A program made the translations under genes and the position numbers. This document shows, one piece after another, positions 38,366 through 48,700 of a stretch of DNA of 64,000 bases. Position 1 is the stretch's first letter. Each line of letters begins with the position of its first letter. Location of the stretch: NCBI GenBank assembly GCA_035292885.1, contig DATDPG010000019.1, forward strand, positions 59,570-123,569, given 5' to 3'. The notes beneath the pieces were generated by a model. That model ran no database searches and had not been told where the DNA came from. It worked only from the letters and a program-made list of their open reading frames with translations. The stretch is from Bdellovibrionota bacterium (GTDB taxonomy: Bacteria; Bdellovibrionota_G; JALEGL01; DATDPG01).

Positions 38366-38516
38366 CTCGTCGTTTCTTGTGAGATTAAAGCCCTGCTCCG
38401 TTTATCTCATGCATGACAAGAGGGTGAACGGCTGTATATGATTTAGATCAGCTGCCGGCGGACAACCGTCTGGAGAGCAATCGACGTTGCGCTCGTGGGG
38501 TCGGCCACGAGACAAG

Positions 38517-38768
38517 CTACTTTGCGGTGCCTTTCTTCCGAAAGATTCGAATAGGAGTTCCCAGCTTGTATAGCTCGCCCACTTTGCAGATGTCTTCGCA
38601 TTGGACGGAGATGCTCGCGCCCACGACTTTTTCGACGTCCGGGATTTCCTCCCATTCCTCCTCCAGGCCGCTGATTTCGGTCGCGACGCGGTCGAGTGTT
38701 GCGTCCGGAACGAGCTTTCCGAAGTGTTTCGTCAAAACCGTTCGGATTTTATCGGCGTCCCGGGGCAT
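38517..38768 (-). CDS. small hypothetical protein
   Basis: 83-aa ORF between the cytochrome and vapC genes. No motif. Confidence 0.2.
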   Translation of the reverse strand: MPRDADKIRTVLTKHFGKLVPDATLDRVATEISGLEEEWEEIPDVEKVVGASISVQCEDICKVGELYKLGTPIRIFRKKGTAK

Positions 38769-38828
38769 AGAATCTCTCCTTCGCTTTCCATTCTCACCGT
38801 TGTTTGCGTATTTTAAATATGACCAGGA

Positions 38829-39257
38829 TCATTCTTTGAAGGGATTGAGGATTCGCAAGTCCTCTACGTGAAAACCATGCTGCAGGTCTTCGGTATAGAG
38901 CGCGTCACAATTCGAGGCCAGTGCCTGAGCCACAATGGCCGCATCCCAGAAAGACCAGCGATAACGATGCCGAAGGCGACACGCGTGGACGAAGATTTCC
39001 TGAGTTGTCACGACCGGGTCCCATGAAAAGTAACTACGACAGACATCGACGGCATCCTCGAAGGAAAGAGGTTTCGGGATCTTGGTCGCGACCGTGACGA
39101 GAAATTCCTGCAACACCTGCAGGCTCGTCGCAGCCGATTGGTTTTCCCAATGGGCCTTTACGAGATCCGAAGATCGATTTGATTTACCGGAATCACTTCG
39201 ATCATACGCATAGACGAGAATATTCGTGTCAAAGAAAGCGCGCCTATTTTCGGACAT
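38829..39257 (-). CDS. vapC: PIN-domain toxin (VapC)
   Basis: FFDTNILVY N-terminus and conserved acidic residues of the PIN fold. 142 aa. Confidence 0.7.
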   Translation of the reverse strand: MSENRRAFFDTNILVYAYDRSDSGKSNRSSDLVKAHWENQSAATSLQVLQEFLVTVATKIPKPLSFEDAVDVCRSYFSWDPVVTTQEIFVHACRLRHRYRWSFWDAAIVAQALASNCDALYTEDLQHGFHVEDLRILNPFKE

Positions 39258-39489
39258 GCAGGGCGTCCCTCGACCAGGTCACCTTTCCCACTTCATACAG
39301 GCCCTTCGCCATTCTTCGCATTTCCTTGCGAAACGCACGTTGATGAAGCGATTTCCGCGAAATGAGTTCGTGGGCGTATTTGGCAAGAAGCCTGGAGACA
39401 GACTGGTTGGCTTCGGCCGCGGCGATTCGGAGCTTTCGCAACAACGGGCGGGGGAGGGTCAACGTGATGTTTTCGAGATCTCTCTTCAT
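39244..39489 (-). CDS. vapB: ribbon-helix-helix antitoxin (VapB/CopG-like)
   Basis: MKRDLENITLTLPRPLLRKLRIAAAEANQSVSRLL RHH pattern. Overlaps the vapC start. Confidence 0.55.
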   Translation of the reverse strand: MKRDLENITLTLPRPLLRKLRIAAAEANQSVSRLLAKYAHELISRKSLHQRAFRKEMRRMAKGLYEVGKVTWSRDALHVRK

Positions 39490-39551
39490 TACACTATTAT
39501 CGTGTAACACGATTATCGTGTCAATGCCTCGACCGGGTGGTGCCAAGACAG

Positions 39552-40793
39552 TTACTTGCGCGGCGGAGGAAGCGAACGGATTTTGAGAGCCAGAGCGATG
39601 ACCAACAACGTGAGGAATATTGTGCTGATTCCGAGGCCGACTCGGCGGGTTTTGTTTTCGCGGAGAGCGGCTTTCCCCAAAGCGATGGCTTGATCCACAG
39701 CTTTTCGTCCCTCCGTGATCTTCGCCTCCACCCCCGGCATGGAAAAGGAGTGAATCTCGGTTCGTGCCTGAATCAACGCCTGCCGGGCATTTTGCATGCT
39801 GTCCTCGGCTTCGGTGACGTCCATTCCCTTGTCCCTCGCTTCTTCGATAATCTTCGAAGCTTCGGCCGAATAATTCTTCAAAGAGCCGATCATCTTGGAG
39901 AACGCCATGGCCACGGCGGCGCCTTTATCCCCCTCTTTGTGGCACTTGGCGCAGATCGCGCCTTGCTGCGTCCCGATCCGGTCATCTGAGATGTGAACGA
40001 TCAGATGATTGCCGTGGCAGGAAATGCATTCGCCGTAGGGATCCTTCTGCAGGGCTTTCGCCATGGGACTCTTGAGAAACAGCTCGGCGTTGTGGACGTG
40101 GCAGGAGCCGCAAATATGGGCGATGGATTTCAGTCCCGGCGGTGTGGCGCCGTGGTTGCCGTGACAATCGTTGCAGGCGGGAGCGCCCCGGACATCTCCT
40201 TTTTCAAGCAGAGCTTTCCCATGCACACTTTTCGCGTACTCGGCATAGACGGTCGTCGAGATCTTGTACGGCTTCATATATTCGGGGTCGGCGTGGCAAT
40301 GGGCGCACATCGTCGGCAGGTTCACCGCGTAAACCGGAGACTTCGCGTCGTTGACTTTCCGGATGTTGTGCACGCTGTGGCAGCTGACGCATTCGGCGAC
40401 TTTGGTGTCCCCCTGTTTCAGTTTCTTGCCGTGCTGGCTGGTCAGGTAGAGCTCATACTGATCGACCCGAAGCATCGGGTTGTATTTCTTCATGAAGACC
40501 GGGTTGCTGTGGCATTTCGCGCAAAGTTTCGGAATGTCCGCCCTCTTCGGCGCCCCTTTGAAGCCTTTCTTCGGGTCCATTGAGATATCTTGGTCGTCCG
40601 AGGTCGGATCTCCGCCGTGGCATTCGTTGCACCCGATTCCCGCCGTGGCGTGCACGTCATCCTTCCAGCGGGTGGAGGGCTCATCTTCCATCGACTGATG
40701 GCAGATAAGGCATTGGCCGCCGGGCAGCGCAGCAGCTTCTTCGGCGTATGCCGACGAAAGTACGTTCAGCAGAATGAATAAAATCCAACTCAT
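39552..40793 (-). CDS. membrane-anchored nonaheme c-type cytochrome (cytochrome c subunit of bc-type complex)
   Basis: Signal MSWILFILLNVLSSAYA. Nine CxxCH motifs. C-terminal TM helix (GLGISTIFLTLLVIALAL). The start overlaps the cytochrome b stop. Confidence 0.75.
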   Translation of the reverse strand: MSWILFILLNVLSSAYAEEAAALPGGQCLICHQSMEDEPSTRWKDDVHATAGIGCNECHGGDPTSDDQDISMDPKKGFKGAPKRADIPKLCAKCHSNPVFMKKYNPMLRVDQYELYLTSQHGKKLKQGDTKVAECVSCHSVHNIRKVNDAKSPVYAVNLPTMCAHCHADPEYMKPYKISTTVYAEYAKSVHGKALLEKGDVRGAPACNDCHGNHGATPPGLKSIAHICGSCHVHNAELFLKSPMAKALQKDPYGECISCHGNHLIVHISDDRIGTQQGAICAKCHKEGDKGAAVAMAFSKMIGSLKNYSAEASKIIEEARDKGMDVTEAEDSMQNARQALIQARTEIHSFSMPGVEAKITEGRKAVDQAIALGKAALRENKTRRVGLGISTIFLTLLVIALALKIRSLPPPRK

Positions 40794-41881
40794 GCGAGTA
40801 CGTGTCCGGCGATGGTCATTCCTATAAAAAAAAGCAATAGCGCCATCCCGATGCCGCGGAGAATCTTTGTGGTCGATTTCTTTTTTCCGCAGTCGATCCA
40901 TGGAATAAGCAGCCAAAACACGCCGATCCCGCCGAAGATCATGTGTCCGACCAGCTCCCCGTCAATCGGCCCCACCTTGGCGGGCAAGAACTTGAGCGTC
41001 TGGAACATGAAAAGGAAATACCACTCCGGTTTGATTCCGGCCGGGGCGGAGGCGAAAGGATCGGCTTTCCTTCCCAGTTCCCAGGGGAAGAAGACCGCCA
41101 GGATCGCCAAAATATCGAGAATGATAAACCAAAGTAAAACGTCCCGGAGAAAGAAGTGCGGGAAAAACGGGATACTCTTCCGGTTTTCCGGGTGGCGTTT
41201 CCAATCTTCGGGCTCGTGCATTCCCTGGATCTGCACGAACAGCAAATGAATACCCAGAACGGAAGTGAAGATCGCCGGGAGGAGGGCGACATGCAAAGCG
41301 AAGAAGCGGGTCAGCGTAGAGCCGGTGACTTCTTCTCCGCCGCGGAGAACATGCATGAGGGTTTTCCCGATGTACGGCACGACGCCGATCATGTCGGTGC
41401 CGACCTTGGTGGCGAAGAAGGAAAGTTCGTTCCACGGCAGCAGGTAACCCGAAAACCCGAACGTCATGACGATTCCCAGAAGGGCGAGCCCCGTGACCCA
41501 GCTGAGTTCGCGGGGTTTCCTGTAAGCTCCCATGAAAAAGACGCTGAACATGTGGATGATGACGGCCAGGACCATCAAATTGGCCGACCAGCTGTGGATC
41601 GACCGGATCAGCCAGCCGAAAGGCACTTTCGATGTGATAAATTGAACGCTCTCGAAGGCCGCGTCGGCGCTCGCCTTGTAATAGAACATCAGGAGAATGC
41701 CGGTGGAGAGTTGGACGATGAAGAGAAAGAGGGAAACTCCGCCGAAGTAATACCAGATCGCGGTCTTTCCCATCGGCACTTCTTTGTGCCGCCCCCACTC
41801 AATCAGCTGTGCGATGGGATATCGGTCGGACAGCCATTCGATCGCGAGAGCGGCCCTACGCTTTAAGTGAGATGTAAACAT
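40790..41881 (-). CDS. cytochrome b (fused b6/subunit IV type)
   Basis: Conserved His-containing helices (WSANLMVLAVIIHMF, FFALHVALLPA). PEWYFL motif. Confidence 0.8.
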   Translation of the reverse strand: MFTSHLKRRAALAIEWLSDRYPIAQLIEWGRHKEVPMGKTAIWYYFGGVSLFLFIVQLSTGILLMFYYKASADAAFESVQFITSKVPFGWLIRSIHSWSANLMVLAVIIHMFSVFFMGAYRKPRELSWVTGLALLGIVMTFGFSGYLLPWNELSFFATKVGTDMIGVVPYIGKTLMHVLRGGEEVTGSTLTRFFALHVALLPAIFTSVLGIHLLFVQIQGMHEPEDWKRHPENRKSIPFFPHFFLRDVLLWFIILDILAILAVFFPWELGRKADPFASAPAGIKPEWYFLFMFQTLKFLPAKVGPIDGELVGHMIFGGIGVFWLLIPWIDCGKKKSTTKILRGIGMALLLFFIGMTIAGHVLA

Positions 41882-42308
41882 CTTCTCCCTGAACGTGGAC
41901 TTCGTACGTGTCGAGCGGGTGAGGCGGCGGGCCGGCCACATTGTTTCCGTTCAAATCGTATTGACCGTTGTGACAAGCGCACCAAATGCGCTCCATGTCG
42001 GGCCGGTACTGGACGATGCAGTCGAGGTGCGTGCATTTTCCCGTGAACGCGGCGAAACTGCCGTCCTTCTTGCGGACCAGCAGCGCCGGTTTGTTTCCGA
42101 ACTTGCAGATTTTCCCGCTGTTCGGGGGAATCTCGGAGACCGCAGCGACTTTCGCCGAAGAGACTTTGGCTTCGGTCTCCGCGACAGGAGTGAGGTAGCG
42201 AACGATCGGATAAAAGACGGACCCCACCCAGGCGAAACCGCTGGCCCCTAAAAGGGTGTTCAAGAATCCGCGTCGGGAGGTTTCGGTCGAGCTTCGAATC
42301 GGTTTCAT
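41856..42308 (-). CDS. Rieske [2Fe-2S] protein, TAT-exported
   Basis: SRRGFLNTLLGA twin-arginine signal. CTHLDC and CACHNGQY Rieske boxes. Confidence 0.85.
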   Translation of the reverse strand: MKPIRSSTETSRRGFLNTLLGASGFAWVGSVFYPIVRYLTPVAETEAKVSSAKVAAVSEIPPNSGKICKFGNKPALLVRKKDGSFAAFTGKCTHLDCIVQYRPDMERIWCACHNGQYDLNGNNVAGPPPHPLDTYEVHVQGEDVYISLKA

Positions 42309-42596
42309 TGAATTACAGTAACGAGATTTCGCCCCAAGAAAATGGAGGAGATTTTAGAGTGTTCCCTTGCTTCAATCCAGTTTTGAGGTCGACGAAGCGG
42401 AGTTTCGCAGGATCGGAAAGGTCGACCATGATCCAAATCAGCTTGAAATTACGACGAACGGTTGATTTTTAACCACCGGTCTCGGAGCGCGGGGTTATTT
42501 CTCCAGACCTCAAAGATCATCCTTCGGTATCCTTCGAGCCAAAGAATAATCTGTTCAGGCGTGAGTTTGGGTGTTCGTCCCCAGTCATGAGTTGTT

Positions 42597-43094
42597 TTAG
42601 GCACTTTCTTGCCCTGTAAGTTTTCTCAATTCCGCTGCGTCGAAAAGGTCCTTGTCTCTGCCGGCTCTGTCCTTCATTTCAATCAGGTCCATTTTGCCGA
42701 TCACTCTAATTTTAATTCCAAAGGCATCGACCAACAATTGCCTGCCCGCAAGTTCCTGAAATGGCTTGGGTTCTTGTGAAAAGACATCGATGACTTCAAA
42801 TGGATTTCCCGGGTGAATGAAAGAGAAAACCATCATTCCCTTTTCCTCTATCCATTCTTTGCGTTTATGCGCATCGGCGAAATCTTTTGCATCAACCGGC
42901 AGGCGGGGCTTGAAACCAAGATGCGAGACCATTTCTACAAATGCCAGGACATTTTTGCGCTCAAGGTGCACGATGAGATCAAGATCCACGGTCGCTCGTT
43001 GGACCTGATGAAAATTCACGGCGAATCCGCCTGCGACGAGATACTCGATTTTTCTTCGGTCAAGCTCAATGAAAAGTTCTTTGTACGGAACCAT
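42597..43094 (-). CDS. nucleotidyltransferase-fold protein (uncharacterised), inserted inside respiratory gene cluster
   Basis: YLVAGGFAVNFHQVQRATVDLDLIV NTase-type motif. 165 aa. Confidence 0.4.
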   Translation of the reverse strand: MVPYKELFIELDRRKIEYLVAGGFAVNFHQVQRATVDLDLIVHLERKNVLAFVEMVSHLGFKPRLPVDAKDFADAHKRKEWIEEKGMMVFSFIHPGNPFEVIDVFSQEPKPFQELAGRQLLVDAFGIKIRVIGKMDLIEMKDRAGRDKDLFDAAELRKLTGQESA

Positions 43095-43236
43095 CGTTCG
43101 ATACTGTAACGAATCTGGGTAGAAATTCCCATTCGTCGCCTTGGGAGGATGGCGAAGGCCTCATCGGCGTGTAAAACCGATCGGACGGCGTCCCGCGGAA
43201 TCAAAGACTTTCCAAGATTCTCTCTCTAAGTATGGG

Positions 43237-45168
43237 TTAAGGGTTGGGGCGATCGAGTTCGCGCGGATGATCCCGTTCCATTTCATGGCGGGTCACTTTG
43301 CCCGTGAGCCACGTTACGTTCATCGGATATTCATCCGGATGGAATATCACGAAGAAGAGGTGCCACACGAGAATGGCCAGCGTCGCCAGCCACGCCTCAA
43401 AATAGTGAATCAACTCCGCCAGCGGGATGCCCCAAACGGGAAGGAATCTTGAAAACAGTTCTGGAAACCAGAGCGCAAAGCCCGTGACCGACATCACGAT
43501 CGTTCCCCAAATGAGCGCCCAATATTCCGCCTTGTGAATGTACGTGTACCGGCCGAGCTTCGGTGCCGTGGCTGCGCGCGCCCGGACGAGTTTAACGTAA
43601 TAAAAGATGTTGGCCGATAAATCCCGGACATCCGTGAGACGCGGAAGAAGCTCCCGAATCTCCTTTCGGCCCTGACGTGTGAAGATCGAATGGAAAATGT
43701 GAAGGACTCCCGCGCTTAACATGATCACCGCGCTGGTACGATGGATGACGCCGCGAGCGTGTTCACCCAAATGAACCCAATCCAAAATCACCGTCCAGCC
43801 GGCGCGAGAAAAATGAAGCGCGAAGCCGGTGATGACAAGCGTCGTAAAGCTCACCAGGAGCAGGCCGTGAGCCACGAGCTGAATCGTTGTGAATCGGGTG
43901 TAGACGACTTCTTCCCGGTGTGAGCGGATCTTTTTCACGACGGCCGCTGCATAAATGAGCAAGTTATGAAGAAGCATCAGGCCGATCGTGCTGACAATCA
44001 TCCAGAGATAGAGAATGCGAACCCAGTAGAGAATGGGGCTGGCTGTCGGAGAGGTGTCCAAGTGCACGGGAACGCGGCTGAACGCCTGCGTTGCATCGGG
44101 GTGGCACTTGCCGCAGGTCTTGGCCAGGTTGTCCGGATGAATCGAGGAGCGGGTATCGGAAGAGGGGAGAATCCGGTGCGTTTCATGGCAGCTGGAACAG
44201 TTTGCGACGGTGACCGAGCCGCGCCGGACGGCCATGCCATGATAACTCTGCATGTACGTTGAAAGCCGTTGAATTGAAAATCCGTATCGCTGGGCCAGAG
44301 TAAGATCGGAATGACAGTGGCCGCACGTCTTCGTTGTCAGCTGTGCAGGCGACACAGGCGATTCAGGCGATTTCGTGTCGACGATGGCGTGTTCGCCGTG
44401 GCAGTCCGTGCAGGCGGGGGCGTCCGTAATCCCGCGAGCGACGGCCTGTCCGTGCACGGAGACCTTATAATCTTCTAAGATATCGCTGTGGCATCTTCCA
44501 CATGTTGCGGGAATTTGTTTCTTCGAAACCGCGGACATCATTTCACGTCCCGGCTGGATCGTGTGATAGCCGTGACAGTCGGTACAGACGGCGGCTTTCA
44601 GATTACCAGCCGCAATGGCACGACCGTGGACGCTGTTTTTATACGCGCCGACAGGGTCGGACACGGGGATGTCGTATTTCTTGGCGAGTTTGATGTCGGC
44701 GTGACACTTGGCGCACAAAGCGGGGACGTTGGCTTTGCTGTGTCTCGCGGTTTCGCTGGTGAACGGCTGAATCAAATGCGCGTCGCCGTGGCAATCGACA
44801 CAAGAAGGCGCATCTGAAATCCCATTGTTCTTTGCAGTGCCGTGCGTGCTGCCGCGGTACTCCTTTTCGGCATCTTCATGACAGCTTCCGCAATTTACTT
44901 TTTGTGGAGCTTCCTCATGCTCGCCGAAGGGCCCGCCGGCGTGGCAGTCGGTGCAGGCTAGTTCGCCGTGGACGGAAGCCTTGAAAACTTTGGGATCCAC
45001 GACGTCATGGCAATCAACACACTTTTTCGGATCGATTCGGTTCGCGGCAAAAACCGACGAAATCGCAAACATTGCGCAGCCGACGAATGCCAAGCCCGAT
45101 TTTGTAAAGGGAACCCCGGTCGGTTTCAAAAATTGGACACTCATCCGATGAAAACGCCCGCCAAGCAT
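43237..45168 (-). CDS. 11-heme c-type cytochrome fused to a C-terminal b-type di-heme membrane domain (CbcL-like quinol oxidoreductase)
   Basis: Eleven CxxCH motifs in the N-terminal 380 aa. C-terminal 260 aa with about 5 TM helices and conserved His (HydC/FdnI-like). A possible alternative start at 45144 (MSVQFLK) gives a signal peptide. Confidence 0.75.
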   Translation of the reverse strand: MLGGRFHRMSVQFLKPTGVPFTKSGLAFVGCAMFAISSVFAANRIDPKKCVDCHDVVDPKVFKASVHGELACTDCHAGGPFGEHEEAPQKVNCGSCHEDAEKEYRGSTHGTAKNNGISDAPSCVDCHGDAHLIQPFTSETARHSKANVPALCAKCHADIKLAKKYDIPVSDPVGAYKNSVHGRAIAAGNLKAAVCTDCHGYHTIQPGREMMSAVSKKQIPATCGRCHSDILEDYKVSVHGQAVARGITDAPACTDCHGEHAIVDTKSPESPVSPAQLTTKTCGHCHSDLTLAQRYGFSIQRLSTYMQSYHGMAVRRGSVTVANCSSCHETHRILPSSDTRSSIHPDNLAKTCGKCHPDATQAFSRVPVHLDTSPTASPILYWVRILYLWMIVSTIGLMLLHNLLIYAAAVVKKIRSHREEVVYTRFTTIQLVAHGLLLVSFTTLVITGFALHFSRAGWTVILDWVHLGEHARGVIHRTSAVIMLSAGVLHIFHSIFTRQGRKEIRELLPRLTDVRDLSANIFYYVKLVRARAATAPKLGRYTYIHKAEYWALIWGTIVMSVTGFALWFPELFSRFLPVWGIPLAELIHYFEAWLATLAILVWHLFFVIFHPDEYPMNVTWLTGKVTRHEMERDHPRELDRPNP

Positions 45169-45213
45169 ATCTCAGCTTGGCGGGCGCCGAAACATGAACT
45201 CATTCTGAGCCTG

Positions 45214-45588
45214 TTATTTCGCCTTTGACTGCAGGTCTCGCGTGTATTCCGTCAACGCCGTAATGTCGGCGTCCGACAGTCCTTCCAACTTCTTCATCTT
45301 CCCTTTGCCCTCTTTCATCGACTTCTTAATGTCGTCGTCGGTGATTTTCTTGGCTTCGGGGGAAAGGATGCTGAGCCCTTCCGGCTTTTCGAGCTTCAGG
45401 GTTTTAGCTACCGGCATCCAGGAGCCGTCCGCCTTCTTTCCGCCGCCGTCTTCCGCGTGGCATTTCTTGCAATGCTTGTCGTACAGCGCCTTTTTCGCGG
45501 CGTCATCCGCCGCGAATGCGGACGCGGCAAACATCAAAGCGGGCACAACCAGGATTCCGATCAGTCCAATCAACGTCTTCTTCAACAT
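45214..45588 (-). CDS. periplasmic monoheme class I cytochrome c (paralog of 12625..12975)
   Basis: RBS ggagg 7 nt upstream of the ATG at 45588. Signal peptide. CKKCH. Near-identical core (LYDKHCKKCHAEDG.GKK...KTLKLEKPE) with the first copy. Confidence 0.8.
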   Translation of the reverse strand: MLKKTLIGLIGILVVPALMFAASAFAADDAAKKALYDKHCKKCHAEDGGGKKADGSWMPVAKTLKLEKPEGLSILSPEAKKITDDDIKKSMKEGKGKMKKLEGLSDADITALTEYTRDLQSKAK

Positions 45589-45644
45589 AGGCTTCCTCCA
45601 GTGTTTCTTTTTAGATGATGCCAAATTTACGAACATGATTCGGA

Positions 45645-45686
45645 TCAATGAAATGAAAAGAGGGCCGGCCCGTATGGGCCGGCCCC
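45645..45686 (-). terminator. intrinsic terminator after the outer-membrane cytochrome gene
   Basis: gggccggccc-gtat-gggccggccc GC hairpin followed on the minus strand by a T-rich run. Confidence 0.5.
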
Positions 45687-45719
45687 GTCAATCGCTCTGG
45701 ACGGTTCAAACTCTCGCGC

Positions 45720-48700
45720 TTAACGCAACGTCGCGTTCGGAACCGCCACGCCGGTGATTACCTTATACGTCCCTTGGAGGACGCCGACCTCGTATCCGGC
45801 GTTATGGACGCCCATGCTGCCGTCTCGAACCACCAGATTGTGGTTCCAGATCGCCCGGCGGATCTTGTCGGATCGGGCCCACTTGAAGGCCCCGCCGGCG
45901 GGATAGACGCTAACGCCGGGGTTGCAGTCCGCGGCGTTCGTGCAGGCCGTAGTAAGGTCGTTGTCGCACTTGCCGGCAATGTACGCCCCGCACGTGCTGA
46001 GGCACTTGTCGTGCGTCGGCGTCGGATCCAAAGGATCGACCGTACCACACGAGATGGTCGTATCTTCTTTGCACCGGTTCTTGCTCGAACCCGAGGTATT
46101 GCACGGACGCGCATCCGCGCCTGCACCGTTGAAGTTCGAGTAACCCAGAGCGTCCGGAACGATGCAGTCGTTGTCCGTGGAACACTCGATCTCATCCGTA
46201 CTCCCGGCGGTGGACCTCGGTTTTGCGATGGTGCACTTGTTGGTCGCAGTGACACAGGGGCCGAAGTACATCGTCCCCGTCGTCGCAATTTTGCAGTCCT
46301 CGTCCTTGGAGCAACTATAGGCCGAACGTTGATCACACTTTCCGGCTGTGATCGTCCCGCACGGTCCGTAGTTCGTCGCTGATACGGTCGTCACATTCAC
46401 CTTCTTCAGGTTGCATCCGGCATCCGAAGTGCAGAATTGAGCGTCGGCCACAATCGTAGTACTTGCTGCCGAGCAAGTCTTGACCGCGTCGCAACTCGTG
46501 TCACCAGCCGCCGTGCAACTGATGTAGGGCGCCAGCGTACACTTCTTGTTTGCGTTGCAGTCACCCGCGTCCAGTGTAGTGACACTGCACGTTCCCAGGT
46601 TCACGTCGTCGTACGCTTTGATGGCGTCCGACAAGAGGAGCGCAAGCCCCGTGACTTCGTCCTGGATCCCCTCGATCGTCCCATCGCCGTCGTAATCGCC
46701 GCGAGCCTCACGGTTAATCTCCGTGAGATCCGTGTGACATGGCGTGCACGCGCTGATGTTCGCGAGCTCACCCGCTTCACCGGCTACGGTCTCCTCTTCC
46801 TCGGCACCGACTAGATGGCCGACGCCGTGACCGCTCATAATGTTGAAAGAGTGACCGCCCAAGTGGCGGAACCCATCCTCCGTCGCATCCGGCCCCTCGG
46901 CCATGTGGCACGTGAGGCACTTCCGGTTCTCCGTCGGCAATGTCGGGTCACCCGAAACATCCGCCAGAATAAATCCCGGCTCGGAATGGAACGAATTCCC
47001 CGTTGTGAAGACATCGTCGATTCCGTTTTTGTCGAGGTCGAGAAGAGCCCCCTTTCCTTCGAGAACGGGAGCCTGCGGATTGTAGTGGACCTGTCGCGTG
47101 TAATAGTCCGCGTTTTGCTCCAACGTCTCGCAGAGCGTATCTGAAACGCCGTCGCGATTCGTGTCGCACGAAAACTCTCCGAAACTGTAGAGGCCGTCGT
47201 GGCACTTGTAACAAACGGCCGCCTTCCCGGCATCCACTGTCGATTCGTCGATGATCATCTCGAGCTCTCCGTGCATTCGAAGCTGGTCCTCGTTTGTCGC
47301 GTCGTGCGGGTCATGACACCCAGCGCACCCGATACCGACGAAAGCCTCCTGTTCCGTGATCGGCGTGAGGGCTTCCTCGCCCCCCTCCACATAATTGATG
47401 AAGCCCTTGGAGGTATGGCAGCGTGTACAGGCTGCGTTCGTGAGCCATGAAACCTGATAGCTGGCGGAGCCGTGCGAGACGCCGGTCATGTTGTGCGAGG
47501 AGTTGATCCATTCGGCCTCTTGCGTATGACACTGGCCGCAGATACCGGTCTGAGAAGCGGAGACACCGATCTTCGTGGCGTCGCCGTTGTGTCCCGAACC
47601 CGGGCCATGGCAATTCTCACACTGAACACCGCTTAGAGCGGCCACGGAAGGCGCATCCGCCAAGAAATCGGCGTATGTGCCCGGCTGGGTGGAAACGTCA
47701 AAGCCGGTCGAGGCCACGGCCTCGTCAAATCCGCCGTTTGCGGCGGACGTATTGTAACCGACCGTTTCAAAGCCCCACAGATAGGGCTCGGGTGCCAGCG
47801 ATGACATGGCCAGATACGAATTTTCGTAGAGCTTTGAGTGATTTGTTCCCTGCCACTCGCCGACTTTGTCCGGCATCGCCGAACCGTCATGGCATCCGGC
47901 GCACTCGGGCCTCGCCGCGTCGCCGGTGATACTTCCGATGCCTACATACGTCCCGGCATACATCCGGAACGAACCCACGATCGTGCAATGATCCACGCCG
48001 CCGTCCGAGGTGTATTTACAATTGGGCGCGACACGGCCGCACGCCCGTACACCATCCGCATCGGGTCCCACAGCCGATTCATCGACCGTCGCCGTGTAGG
48101 CCACCGTGTAATACCCCTCGACATCCGGCGTGAACTTGGGGAGCTGAAGCGCTGAGGCTACGGTTCCGGAATCGGCAAAAACGGCTGCAGATCCATCCGG
48201 GGGTGTCAGCGTCCAAGACCAGTCATCGTTGATGGGCTTGGCGCGCCTCGTGGTCGGCGTGCTCGTCGAAGGCAACGAACCGTTACACGCTGTCGAAGTG
48301 GATGTGTACTCCAATATGACCGAACTGTTCGGTCCCTGCAGGTAGAGGGGAACATTCAGCGGAACGGTCCAAAGACCGCTCGACCGCTGAATCTCGGCAC
48401 CGGCGTCCTGAACATAGACCACCTGTGTCGTGCTGTCGCTGTTCCCGGCACCGTCGTCCACCGTCAACCTGAAATAGAGTTTCGTATCTTCGATCGAAAC
48501 AGGGAGCGGTTGCCACTTGTACTCATCACTTTGTCCGCCGTGCGCGGCGTTCTCCTCAGCTTCCCTCAAACCGACGGTCAGAAAATCCTTAAGCGCGGGA
48601 GCGGTGAACGGAAGAGTTGAGGACGTGCTCCCGGCCGTCGCGGTCGCGAAGGGGCCGGAGACCTGCTGCCAGCTGTAGTTCACGACACTTCCGCGGCTGT

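Noticed and set aside
45758-47144. ORFs antisense to, or in alternative frames of, the 1147-aa cytochrome gene
   Set aside because: Low-complexity Arg/Pro-rich shadows. The sense frame has eight CxxCH motifs and a lipoprotein signal.
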